From contig BAAIJX010000050.1 of assembly GCA_054600435.1 (NCBI GenBank), forward strand, positions 62,001 to 126,000: a stretch of DNA of 64,000 nucleotides, given 5' to 3'. The notes under the pieces are model-generated. The model ran no database searches. It worked only from the letters and a program-made list of their open reading frames with translations, and had not been told where the DNA came from. This DNA is from Neophaeotheca triangularis. Taxonomy: Eukaryota. A program made the position numbers and the translations under genes. The first letter of the stretch is position 1; each line of letters begins with the position of its first letter. This document shows positions 1 to 12,275 of the stretch, one piece after another.

Positions 1-3000
1 CGCTGGTGGGGGAGCCGTAGACGTTGGTCTACTTGCAGGTGCGTAAGACTGGCTGTCCTGTGAGACGTCGGCTGATGCCGTATGTACGGCAGGGTGGACT
101 TGGGTGGTGGGTGTCGAGCGCGCTTGAGACGCAGAAGTGCAGAGCTGATGCGCGCCTATCGGGGCATTTGATTCGCCCAGTGAACCTTGGAGCTCCTTGT
201 TCGTCACTACTACGCTTGACGCGGCACAGGGTTATGATCCGGATGGCGCAATGGAGAGCTCTGATTCAGATATCATCGACCAGCACCCGACTGCAGCTGT
301 GATATGTCCAAGTTGGGTCAAACCTTACAAGCGAAGCTATCGACCATCGGAGCAAGATGTTCCTATCTGCGGGAGGACCTGATCATTGTCAGCTATTCAA
401 GACGGACAGCAAGTCGTGCACAGCACGTTTCGTCTTCGGCGACGCCGACATCTCCACTCCTGTGCCGTTTCTTTCCTTCGAGGTGAAGAGGTCGGGTACT
501 TGGTACAGGTACCTCGAGAGATAGGGCAGGTTACCCATGATCCGCAGTTGGAATTTGATATCTCTAAACATGACTCGGTCGAGGGAAAGGCGACCGAGCA
601 CCCGCACACCGATCCAATGCCCACAGCTTTTCTCCGCCTTGCCGTTGCGTTGCTGTATCTCTCATGTTTAGAGGAAGAAAGTCACGGTCGGCGATGTGAC
701 GAAGTCAAGTCAATGGAGCTGGCTCCTGTAAACAAGCGGGGGCCACCCCGGACCAACAACACGAGGGCCTGCTCTTCTAAGTTCTCACGATTCTCCGGTG
801 GATCTGACTGCGTATCTTCCGTCCCCGCGATACGCTTGGAGAAATCCTGGCGTGTTGCGTTTTCGCAAGGTTTGCTCGGGCCGCTCCAACGGATGGGCGA
901 GCACGTGGTGCGCCTGGTACAGTTTCAAGTAGCGGATGCTTGTTAGTCCTCGAGATCGTCGTGCGTGCGCAACGTGCTGATTGCTGAATTTTCTCAAAGT
1001 TGACTGTGATAGGTTCGTTGTGATGTCGATTGGCCACCATTCGCCTCGTACCCAAGCCCGCGCTCAATAATCAATCAGCCAAGGGGCGTTGTCGACGGAT
1101 TGTCCCGAACCGGGAGAGTCATGGACGTTTGTATAAACCGCTTTGAAGGGCTTGCAACCTCCCAAACGGTATGGTCGATTCGGGTTGTGACACAAGAGTC
1201 AGGACTCAAGTGACATTGTTCCACACAGAATGTGAAGCTATCCATTTTGGAATTTTCTTGCAAGGAATCCGCGGATGCCCTCGAGTCTCGCTGGAAGTTA
1301 ATGTCAAGGTGTCCGACTCCGACTAGAAGAAACCTTGCGGCATGGGAATTGTGCTCGCCCACTCACGCCTTGACAGGCACGTCGCTGACAACGGCACAGA
1401 CGGCCAGCATAGCAATAATAATTCAGCCATCCATAAACTGACTGTGGCGCAACCATCTGCCGTTACTCTTGTTTCTGAGCCAATGAAACATTTATGCCGT
1501 GGAATGAATTTTCCTCTCTATCCGAGAAAGAAAAGTAACCTCGTCTTTAACTTTTCACGCTCCATGGACCATTCATTTCATTAGTCGTGTGAAGGCAAGG
1601 TTGAAGGGCAGACCTGCTAGGAGGTATCCCACTTTGTGTAGGTTTACTACAGAGTGCGATCCTTGTAGTAGTAGGGCTGTCCAAACAACCAAGAAACGGG
1701 TCGGAAGCAGTAGTACAAGGGAACTTCCATGACGTTGCCAACGTGGACGATGCCACACATGAAGATGATCATAAATTGGGAGAAATATGAAATGTGGAAG
1801 AGTTTACCGTGCACCACCGAGTCAGAGCCCGATTCGAATCATTGTCACTTGACTCTGCAATGGGTTTCAGCCCTCAAGACTCAAGATTCAAGAGCTTGCG
1901 AGGCCAGCAAAGAAGGCGAGTCGTTCAAGAACTCTCTGCCGTTGGTCCACCGGCCGGAGAATCAAGGAACGCAGACGGCAGCAGACCGTTGGTTGTTGCT
2001 GGCGAGTCGTAGGGGTCGGCTGGGGTGTAGCTTTTAGGATGATAAGGAAAAGGGTCGAGTCAGTAGGTACTGAGTAGTGAGTGCTAGGAGGTAATCGAGG
2101 CTAGGCTTCGGACGTTCAGTGGGTTAGGATTATTATCATTCGAAGTTATGAACTGAGAGAGACTAGACTACTAGGGCAGAGGAACTTGTAGCTTCAGGTT
2201 AGTATTACTACTACTGTGTACTGTCGATCTCTCACAGTAGTCATCCCTGGACTGGACCCTGACCCTCACCTGACATTTTGAAGGTCACACGCCAGCCGGG
2301 GAAACGGGTCATGAGGCATTGAATCAAGCGGTGCAATACTGCCTGCAACTGCATGAGTTGCAGTAATATTGTTGCGGTGCAGGGGGAAGAGGTTCGTCAC
2401 ATCCCGGAACGAACTTTCGCGTATGTATCATGGATCTATGCAACAACACGGCATCGAGTATCCCCTGTATCGAAGATCAGCCGGAAAGCACAAGATGATC
2501 AATATTAACAACTTAAGAACTCACAACGTCCAGCCGTTTGAGCTTTGCGGGCGACGGCCCGTCGGCGTCAATCAGGTCACACGTGCACGCGCCATGAGAT
2601 GGGACCCGGGCCGTGGGTGGATGTGAATATATGTACACCTCCCTAGTTTCCTACCTTGATAATTATTATCGATAGACCCGAGTGCAACGGCGGGCAGCCG
2701 TTGGGTCGGGTCGACGGCGACGAGTCGAGTCGAGACGGGAAGATGAGGTCTGAGCTCCTTAATAACGTATACCCTTGTCCCTCCCGTCCCTCATCAGTCA
2801 TGCGGAAACGGCAGAAGCTCGTCAAAGTTTCCATGGCTTTCTGGGTCGAATCACCGCGTATGTGGTACCACAGTAGTCGTCGAGTCGAGGAACTACAGGG
2901 GTCGATATTGGAGACGCTACCTACCTAAGCTACTAGTCATGCACGTCATTGGATGATCTGCGGGGCCATCGCTAATAATCCATGAGACAGTAGTGAGACT

Positions 3001-3766
3001 GTGCGGGCGGCATCGAGGGAGCAATGTGCCGGAGAAGCACCTGCGCAACTTCAGAAAAAGCAAGTCACCAGCTGCTGCATCGGCCACATTCCACTGCGTC
3101 GGAGCCAGCTCCTAGGTGGCGCTTAGACGCTGGTATCGTAATTATGATAATACTGCAAATGCGGGAGAAGTCATTGGAAGTAAACGTAGCCGACGAGCGT
3201 GCAAGGCGAGCGGTGAGACGAAGCTCTGATGGATGCGTCAAGAGGTCAATCAAACTGATTCGTTCTAGAGCAGCAAATAGATATCTAGCAAGGGGTAGGA
3301 CTGGGGAGGCTTGCGCTCTTCAAATGAAGAACACTCCAAGCCAGCATCCTGGTATTATTAATAACCGAATTTCAAAACATGTTGCCTGGTAGTAAAAGAT
3401 CGTACTTCGTCAAATCGTCTCAAACGGCCGCCTCCACGTCGCTTATAAGCATCCGAGGAATGATGCAGTAGTTAGCCCAAGCAGAACTTCCTCGTCCAAT
3501 CGTTTACAATGCGAGAAGGTGTGTATAATAATTTTCCCGAGAACCCGGGAGACCGATCCGGGAGTAGTTGAATGAAAAACAGCCGAGAGGATGGCTCCAA
3601 AACTCCTCGCTAAAAACCGAATGGGCTCTTTTTTCACTGCCAAAAACTCTGACGTACCACAATGCTGCGCCGGTCATTTGCCGCTGCTCGTGGTCCCCGG
3701 CGCCAGAAAACAAACCCCCACTGGCGGTGACCAACCGTGCCCAAATTCTTGTGCAGGCGTCTGCGT

Positions 3767-6729
3767 CTATCTGCGACGCTGCTGCGACCTCGACATATGA
3801 CTAGGACGTTGTGCACCCCGAGGACCCACGCCAATGCTATTGTGACGTGGACCTTGATGGTGAGGAAAAGACTGCGGGCCTTGAGGCGGTGGTTGGGGAG
3901 GATGCGCTTGTTGCGGTGGATGCTGTTGCTGCAGCATTTGAGCATGGGACGGCGCGTAGCCTGCTGGTGGCATGTTGCTCGCAGGCATTGCGTTGTTGAT
4001 CGGCGTAAACGCTGCCATCTGGTATTCGCCCATCTCGTTCACCTCGTAGTGGCCTGGAGGTAATACAGGGTGTTGCTGGTGTTGCTGGTGCTGCTGCTGC
4101 TGCTGCTGCTGCTGCTGTGGATGTTGCTGCGGATGTTGCTGCTGATGTTGCTGTTGCTGTTGCTGTTGCTGCTGCGGCTGCGGCGGCATTCCCACAGGAT
4201 AGTGAGGTGCTCCGACTTGCATTGGCTCTTGGACGTACGTTGGCGACATCATAGGAAATGGCGCTGCCTGAACTTCAGAAATGGGAATGTGCGGTGCCTG
4301 CAAGGCTGGCGTTGTAGTGCCCGATGGCGCTTGAGAGGCCGGCGCGCTACCCACCGCCTCCCACCCAAGCGGTTGGAAAGCATGCTGTGGCGGTGCGAGA
4401 GACTGCAGGCCCTGGTCCTCGAGCAGAAACATTCCAGTGTCGCCCATGACAGAATCTCTGGACAGGTCGGGCAGTGTTGCGGGGTCCATACTCAACACCG
4501 GGTGGTGATAAACCTCACTGGCTCTTCGTGAAGCTGCAGCTTGCCTCTCTTGTTCGCGGTGGCCGAGCGCCGCAAGTCCGTCGGCGATACGTTTGACGGC
4601 CATTTCTGCAAGTTTGTGGACGCCCTTTTGGTCGAGCTCGAGGAAGACAACGTATACTTGATTGACAAGCCACATGTCTCGCTCATTCTCAGTCTCCCAA
4701 GCGTCCAGAATCAAAATCATCGCAGCATTGAAGGCTTGTTGGCCGATGGTCCAACAGATCAAGACTCCCGGATTCTTGTGGTAGAAGAACAGGAAGACCT
4801 GGAGGAGTAGAGTCGAGGAGTTGATGACGACGTCACGTCCGCGTATGGGGGCTTGATGCATCCTCTCTCCGTCCCCAGAAGGATAGTATGAAGTCGTCTG
4901 TTGACGAGATGGCGCCCCCATGCTACCTTGTGGGGGCGAGTGATCATGTTTGTTGTTCTGCGTGCGCTCCACACGCTGGCGGTTCAGGAGAATGATGAAC
5001 GATTGCACCTTCGCAAAGACGGCTAGAGGAGATGATTAGTGACTTCAAAGGTACGACAACGGCAAGACGGAGCACTTACTAGCTGACATGACATCCAGAG
5101 GCCAGTCCGGAATCTGCGTATCGGGATGCAGCCACGATTGATTGAACTGCAACGACTCCGGCATCTTATCCCATAAGCCTAGCAACTTATCGGTGAATTC
5201 ATCGATCTTGGCGACACTCATGAGATGATCGCTACTCAAGATTTGACGAGCCAGGATGGTGAAATGGTCGATGAAGTCGGATAGACGAAGAACAGTGACG
5301 TCCGACGTCAAGGGCTCAGGAGGAGGACAGTCGCCGAAGCCAGATATACCGAGTGGTCGGCCAAGAGTGACGGAATACTGCTGGTCCATGTGGAGCATCC
5401 ACCACCAGAGGGTTTGTCGGACAGAGCACTCCCGAAGCCCTGGTACAGGGTCAAGGAACTTCGGGTTGCGATGAAGACCGATCGAATGTGCCATGCGGAT
5501 TGTCGTTCCGAAGAGTGTCCACGCGTCCAGGAACCGACCGCTGTTGGTAAGGTAAGGTCCAAGCATCACCAGTGCTTGGATACCCAGGAGCGTAGGCTGG
5601 TTCATGAACGACCCCTGACGAAGCGCTTGCATGCTCGCGGCGACTGTGCAATTTGATCAGCTTTGATGACCCATGGACACACACGGCTACTCACCAAGGT
5701 ACTCACTGTAGACATCACTTTTCTGTGTCGCTTTCTCCCGTTCTCCTTGCACCCAGCAGCCACCGCTCCGATCCCACACTCCCATTTGCATGCCCGTCGC
5801 AAGCGTTGCGAAGACGAGAGCAAGCATATCCGGAAACTTCTGTGCGTTGGCTTCCGCATCCGACAAGAAGCGTTCGACCTCTTTCTTCGTGACTTCGTCC
5901 GGTACGTGTGGGAACGAACAACACTGACCGCGTTTGTAGAAGGATTCGAGAGCGTCGAAGAGTTCTTCCCTCTCCGGTAGGCACCCGACCAGAGCTTCGA
6001 TGGTGCCTGATGCGAGCCACATCGTTGGGAAAGGATACATGGCATGGTCTGTATGGTACATCTCGGGACCTTTGGGCATCGGATGGGTCAAGGAGCTGGT
6101 CTTTACGGACAGGTTGGCGAACTGTGATTTTTGTTAGCATCGTCTGCTCTGGCAGTACCGACGACACTTACGTACCTCTGAAATGATGTTGGTTAGGCCA
6201 GGTGTTCCGAAATAGATGTTGTCGATGCGCTCTCCCGTCTTGAAACGACGCTGCCGAGCTGCCGACGCTCGGGCAGTGGACTTTGAACCTTCGCGATCCG
6301 AGAGACCGAACTCGTCTTCTTCGTCGCCAGAGTGGGGGAGCCTGGCGGCCTGCAATTTCTCCTTGAGACGCTGGTTCTCTTGACGTAGCTTGCGGATCTC
6401 GTACGACTGTTGAATGGGACTGTAGTCGTTACCTTCGCCGACGACGAAATGGCATTCCCTTGGATGGCCACGGGCACAGCAAGCAGAACATGGCTTGGTT
6501 CGATCGCACTGTACAACAGTCAGCTCATCTTGGCTCCTGGACTTGCCTACATGGCGACGTGGTTCCTTACCTTGACCTTGCGTTCGCGGCATTTAGTACA
6601 AGATAGCAGTTGGCGAGGTTGTTGTTGCTTTTTCCTTCGCTCTGCTGCTGTGCTGTTCGACGAAGCAGGAAGGTTGATGTCTTGAGCCATGGGTGCTGGA
6701 GGCCCATACCCGGCCCAAGATGTCGACAT
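3767..6729 (-). CDS. Zn(II)2Cys6 fungal transcription factor with fungal-specific TF (middle homology) domain and poly-Q C-terminus, ~908 aa, 5 exons
   Basis: Exons 6729-6571, 6508-6176, 6121-5707, 5643-5080, 5022-3767 are joined by GT-AG introns of 54-63 nt with GCTGAC/GCTAAC/GCTGAT/ACTAAT branch sites. The total of 2727 nt is in frame. The spliced Zn cluster reads CTKCRERKVK|CDRTKPCSACCARGHPREC. Fungal_trans-type motifs are present: 'IRMAHSIGLHR' and 'RQTLWWWMLHMDQQYSVTLGRP'. Confidence 0.92.
4070..4186 (-). repeat. Imperfect CAG/CAA trinucleotide repeat encoding a poly-Q/H tract in the Zn2Cys6 TF
   Basis: A (tgc/tgt)n run on the + strand translates on the - strand as PPQPQQQQQQQQQHQQQHPQQHPQQQQQQQQQHQQHQQH. 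Confidence 0.9.
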
Positions 6730-8175
6730 GAGCGCGAGGCTGTGATACGGTTCGATGGGAGCTAAAGGTAGCGAAGCTTATGTGAGAGGCTGATGCCAAC
6801 GATCCCAAGGAGAGATTAGCGAGAGCCAAATGGCATGTTTTCCAGATCGGAGTTACGGGTCTGTTTATATGACCAGCGCGATGGAATGGTCGTGGGATCC
6901 GTCAGAGACACTTGTTTGAGGTTTGTTGCTTGGATCGGCCGAATATAGAGGGCTACTCATTAGCATAGATATGTCTGCACATAAAGCGATGCGGTTGGCG
7001 TAGCGTAGACCCTGAAAGGCGGAGACGGTCACCTCCATAATAGGACAGTCTTGTCTGCTTTTGTGAAAGAGCCATGGCTTCAAAGTGTATTCACGACGTG
7101 CAGAGGAGAGTTTGCACTTACGGTCCCTCCAAGGCGTCGCGAGGCGTGCCTCTCGAGCCAATGTCAAGTCTCGAGACGTTGTAGTCGGATTCAGGCAGGA
7201 TCGGGGAGCGTGGGCCAGACAGCGGGTGGGTCCATGGTTGACGGACCTGCAGGCGTAGTGACCAGCATAGGCCTGTCAACACGAAGGCGCTACTGGTCTG
7301 AATCGTAAAAGCTCCACGGCGCAGTAGGTGTACTGCAGGCTGCCCCTACGGTTGAGTGCAGCTCCACCTGGCACCTGCAGGCCGAAGCCGAAGGCGCCAT
7401 TGCAATTAAAACAAGACGGTGCCTGATGCTACTGCACGCTTGCTGCAGGCACTCACCGTGGAGCTTCTCATCATTGAACCCGCTCGTCATTCATGCGATC
7501 TGCAGCGTATGTGGGCGCTACGGCCCTGTGGCATATGTCAAAAGTGCCTTTTAGCCTGGCCGATCAACGGGAACCTTGGCGGCCCGCCGAAATGGGTCCC
7601 ACAGCTCACATGAATACTGGGCTAGACGGGCGAGTAGTGGTGAGGGGGGGTGACTAGGTAGGTGAGTGCTCCCAAGGTCGCAGCCGTTACGTAGGTCGTA
7701 CATATTTGAGCAAAGCGTTGAAATTATGAAAGTATGAAAGTGGTGCGGTCAGGTGATTTCATTGTGTCAGGACCCGCTGTCTCGGCGGGGTGGCATTGTC
7801 GTCGATCTTGGTGGTGTCGCGAGCAGGGGAGATGCATCTGATCTGCTTTTGCGGTCCGATGAGAACAATGCCATCTCACAGCAGGGTAATGACTTGGGGC
7901 TTGCGACTCGAGACGAAACATTTCTCTCTTCTTCTTTTTCTTCTTCCCCCAATAATGTGCCCAGCATGCATGTTTCTCCCGGGCGAGCAAGTCAATTCGC
8001 TTGTTGACAAATATCGATGAGCCCCGCTCCAGGTACCAGGTGCAGCTACTACTGCGGCAGCAGTGGCCAAAAACCGTCGACGCAGCAACATGAGGAGGCT
8101 GAAGCTGTCAGTCGACATGACCACGACCGATCTAATGCAGTCGGCCGCATGTAGTGCCCTAAGCGACAAGACGGC

Positions 8176-8177
<2 letters not shown>

Positions 8178-8212
<35 letters not shown>
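8178..8212. repeat. (GT)17 microsatellite
   Basis: Uninterrupted GT dinucleotide run read directly from the sequence. Confidence 0.95.
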
Positions 8213-8214
<2 letters not shown>

Positions 8215-8539
8215 CGAATAAGGAAGAACAAGCCCGGACGAATCACACCGTCAGGAGGCAGGGAAATGATGGATGGAACAATAGATTCGTGGGAGGTAGA
8301 TGAAGACAAAAGAAGAACGGGACGCTGGGCGGGATGTGAGCGGGGGGCAAGCTTTCCGCTTTCCCTTGCCTGTGTCAGCGCTTCGATTGCGCCACACCGA
8401 CCAGGCATTGCCGGTCCGTTGGTTGTCAACCAGCTTGGCGTAAGCCCCGGCGAGGGCTGTCGGCGTCGGCGTCGGCTACTGGACAACAACATCCTGAGCC
8501 TTGACAACGATGATTGTCGAGAGATTATATTCACTTACC

Positions 8540-8548
8540 ATCTGATAA
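8540..8548 (+). promoter_or_regulatory. Candidate SreA/SRE-type GATA site ATCTGATAA
   Basis: Exact match to the ATCWGATAA consensus of fungal iron-responsive GATA repressors. Motif match only. Confidence 0.3.
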
Positions 8549-11500
8549 GCGGTCTGCACTGAGTCGGCGGGGGATTTGCTTTGATGCAAGATGAAGCAGC
8601 ACAGCAGTGGTGACTCGCGACGGCGAATGACTCGGGAAATATTCGCCGATCGATCAGAAGCGATCGGTAAGTGGAAGTGAAAGTGCAGCCCCGAGACCCT
8701 GGTTATTGATGTCGATCCTCCCAAATGAATATGCCCCATCGCTGTGCATGTATCACACAATAGGGTGTGCCGCCCAGGTCGGCGGGACCATTCGAGCGTG
8801 TCAACGGTGCGTGACAGTGCTATGGTGGTATCAAAAGGGAGCATGGCGTTCGCCAATAGCGCTCCTGTACCCTCACAAACTCGGACAATAAGTTTGGCTA
8901 TGCTATGGCCGCCGCCTTAGGTAGAACGCCGACGTATTTCCTGGTGACAACCAAAGCGCTGTTGCACAAAACTTGCCTGCTATCTAATCCTCGTCAAGTG
9001 TGTTGAAAAGCGTAATGATACTAGAGAAAAGCGCTGAGCCGAGTATGGCCGTCTTGATGGCTGAAGGTTGTTGCGGCTTTAGTGGAAAGATACACGTCGC
9101 CGTACTATTACAGGCGCGCCTCGAGATGGTGGCTGTCACTCTTAACTCTGCATGTTGGATGGCGCAAGACTTGCTTCCAGGCAAACGCTGTCCTCGAGTA
9201 AGATCGGCACAGTTCGACGACTCTCGCTATATCGCTTTGTCCCTGTTCCAATTCGCATCCGGTGGGGTTGAAAGTGTCCCGCTGTTGTCTTTAACATACC
9301 ATGGCTGAGGGTGTAGATTTTCGCTTCGAATGGCGCCCGTAATGTAAACCGGCCTTCGCAAACTTCTTCACACAGTGCGTGGGGCTCTCTGTAGCCCGCT
9401 TTGGGCTTCAACAAGCAAGCCGAATCGCTGCCCATCTTCTAATGAAGGTATTTGACGATGACTTCGACACTGGATGTTCCTCCAGCCCCTCTTTGTTGCC
9501 CCGCACGCCTGTGGAGATAAGGTCCTTGAGGGTGGGGCTAACGTAGTGCCGCAAGTATGTAGGTAGGGAAAGAGCCTCTCTATTCTCATTCGCCTAGGGT
9601 TGTGCTAGGGAATCAATCCGTACGCAGTAGGTCGGGAAACAATATTCAGTCTGTAGTGTGTATTTGGAGCGACTGGCTTGGGTCTGTCGCGCAAAGGGCG
9701 AGCTCGGTGCTCGTTCCGACCTTCGCCAGTGTGCCTGAATGTTTGTAGAGTTCTTAGCTGCGCTGCCTCGTGCCGTCTTCAACGTGGAGCTATTATCTCT
9801 CTGTCAGTTGCAAGAACGTCTGTAGCAGATATGCACGAGCACGCAAGTCCTCGGAGAATAGCGTGGGGGCGGAGTAAAGCCAGCTGCGCAGAAGAGGTGC
9901 AAAATGCACCATGGTAATTGGACGAATACGCTGCGTGGAAGCGGCTGAAGCACGGCCGTTGAGTGTCGCTAAACGCCCATATCAGGTTGTGCGCAAACAG
10001 TGTTGCGGGATATACCGATTCCAAGGAAATGCGGTTACTTGGTGGTGCATCCTGCTCCGAAGACGCAGTCGCAAAGAATCAGAGCTCTACCTGCAATGCC
10101 AAATATGGGAAGCTGGAAAGGGGGCAGTCTGCGCATGTCAGGCTCAATGGACTACTCTTGCTTCCGGCGCACTCCTGGCGGTTGCAATGAGGGGGGGACA
10201 ACAAAGAGCCCCTAAAGTAGCGTGCAAGGTTTCATTGGCCTCGCATAACGCTGTAAGTTCGTTAGCTGCACCACCTCACCGAGCTGAATCGACCCTTGCG
10301 CTGCACTAGCAAAACGCAGGCGTACCTGCTTCGTGGGTCATCCATTTATATCGTGTAGTCCAATCTGTCCAAAGACGGAAGCAGGATGCGAGTACAATCA
10401 ACAAAGCGAATAGTAAAGCACGATAGTGTGTTGGGACGTCATCAGGTTACCTAGCTCAGCGTGAGGAACGCTGCAAGAGTTGTCTTCGAGGTCGACGTTG
10501 CGGACGGCTTCGGTCCGACGTATATGCTGAGTCGCCGGGCAGTCTTCCGAGTGTATCCGCAGTACCCGACTTGACGTGAGGTTGGGAGGTTGGGGGATCT
10601 GATGATTGTCAGGGTCAACAGTGATCAGCAACAGGCCAGGTGCATCACTGGCCTAGTGTTCTCGAGCGCAGAGCCACCGAGCGATCTTCTGGGGTTACTA
10701 CTCGTTGGCCCCGGCCATTGTTGCGACAGTAGTGGCCACATGTTCTTATATCGCTCAAGTGCCTACCGATCCACACATATCAGCACTACTGTTGAGTGTT
10801 GGCTTGGCTCTTTCGCATCGATCTGTTCGCCACACCACTGCTTTCTACTCATCGAGCAAGGCGCGGAGGTTTGAATAATAAAGAACGATTCACATTGTCG
10901 AGAACTACCAGATCATGTCGGGGGTTAAATCACGCCAGAGGTTTTCCCTGTTGCTACAATGCCGAAGTTGGACCCGTCAAACTCGCAAGTCACTACGCTA
11001 CCTGAGTGAATGTTCGGGAGCACTGGTCCGAGGGCAGCTTGCCTCGAGAACATGAGAGGATGGAAAACTCGTGGAGTTGCCGGTCCAAGCGGATGCACGG
11101 TGGTGTGATCTGCTCGGTCCGTGGATCTTAAACCTCAATCTTGCCGGTAGTGCACCTCAACACTTGACGCCAGACAACATCAAAACACAGTGAAAGTAGT
11201 GTGAAACTTGCTTCATGTGCTTCGATGGCAGCGGAGGCGTCCATGTTACGAACGGTAAAGAATATCGGGTCCTCGTCCTCCAGCAAGGCAAGTTCGGCTG
11301 TCGGACATGCTCGGGCTTAGGGGTGTTGGTGAACAAGCAGCAAGTCTGCCGTAATCGCATTTGCAGACTACGCACGGCCGTCATACAGCTACTCGACGGC
11401 GTCGTATCGTTGTTTTGATCAGTAGTTAGTCCAACCTCCAGCGTACACCGTACAGTTCCAATGGCACAACAATTCATCGCGAGAAGCCAGCTCTGGACAA

Positions 11501-11959
11501 TGCCTTTCACGATCTCCTGCATGATTCCCAGTGCTCGAGCGTGCGCCGAAGAAGACGAAGCCAGCTACCCACACTGCCACGGCTCGTGCACCTCGAGTCT
11601 CGACAGGGCTAGAAGCAGCCCATGGATCGGGATGGCTGCGGTCACTACTGAGGTGGTGGCGGATCCGGGTTGGATGTCCAGTCCCCCACCCCCGATCGGG
11701 CAGTCAATATGGCCCGCGTCCTGTAGGAGGTGGAGGTATGTATTATATCGTGTAGTCCATAGTGAGCGTCCAGAAAATCTTCCGAATAAATATTGGGATA
11801 AAATTACTGGGGCAAAAATAAACGACCACCAATAATACAGATGCGAGACTACCTAGGCCTAGGTACGGTACCTAGTACTGAGTCAAGTCGCACAGGTCTG
11901 AGGTCGCGATTGAGTTTGTCCTTGACAAGCCTTGGCAGAGGTGTTCAGCCTGGAATGTC

Positions 11960-11981
11960 ATCAGATAATGATGCCTGATAA
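11960..11981 (+). promoter_or_regulatory. Candidate SreA/SRE-type paired GATA site upstream of RIB7
   Basis: ATCAGATAA (11960-11968) is followed by CCTGATAA (11974-11981), about 300 bp upstream of the RIB7 ATG. Confidence 0.4.
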
Positions 11982-12275
11982 ATGAGGTGGACATCACTTC
12001 CCAAATCTGCCATTGCTCCAAAGCAAGCCTCAATGCTTCCCAGTTTCACAGCATCTGCATACCACCCAACCTCGCAGGTTACAGCCTCGACAGGCGTCCA
12101 ATAGGGTTCTGCAAAGATACGCCTGTGAGACTGCGACGAGCACCTTCACTCCCTCCGCCCAGGACTGGCACGCGCGTGGTTGCTCCTCGTGCTTACCCAT
12201 CCCTACTGTAAATCCACAAACAGCCTCGAGCCGCATTTCGAGGTCATCAAGAGGTTGGTACGAGTGCTTGTCGAA

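Noticed and set aside
1..2040. Short ORFs (e.g. 386-946 +, 389-607 -, 785-997 -) as a gene
   Set aside because: No recognisable domain, and I could not build a consistent spliced model. It may be a decayed relic, but that is unsupported.
2334..2371. Hairpin CTGCAACT-GCATG-AGTTGCAG with outer CAATA/TATTG arms
   Set aside because: An isolated short inverted repeat is expected by chance and has no supporting context.
4070..4531. Leucine-rich + strand ORF resembling a signal peptide or membrane protein
   Set aside because: It is the antisense shadow of the poly-Q tract of the Zn2Cys6 TF.
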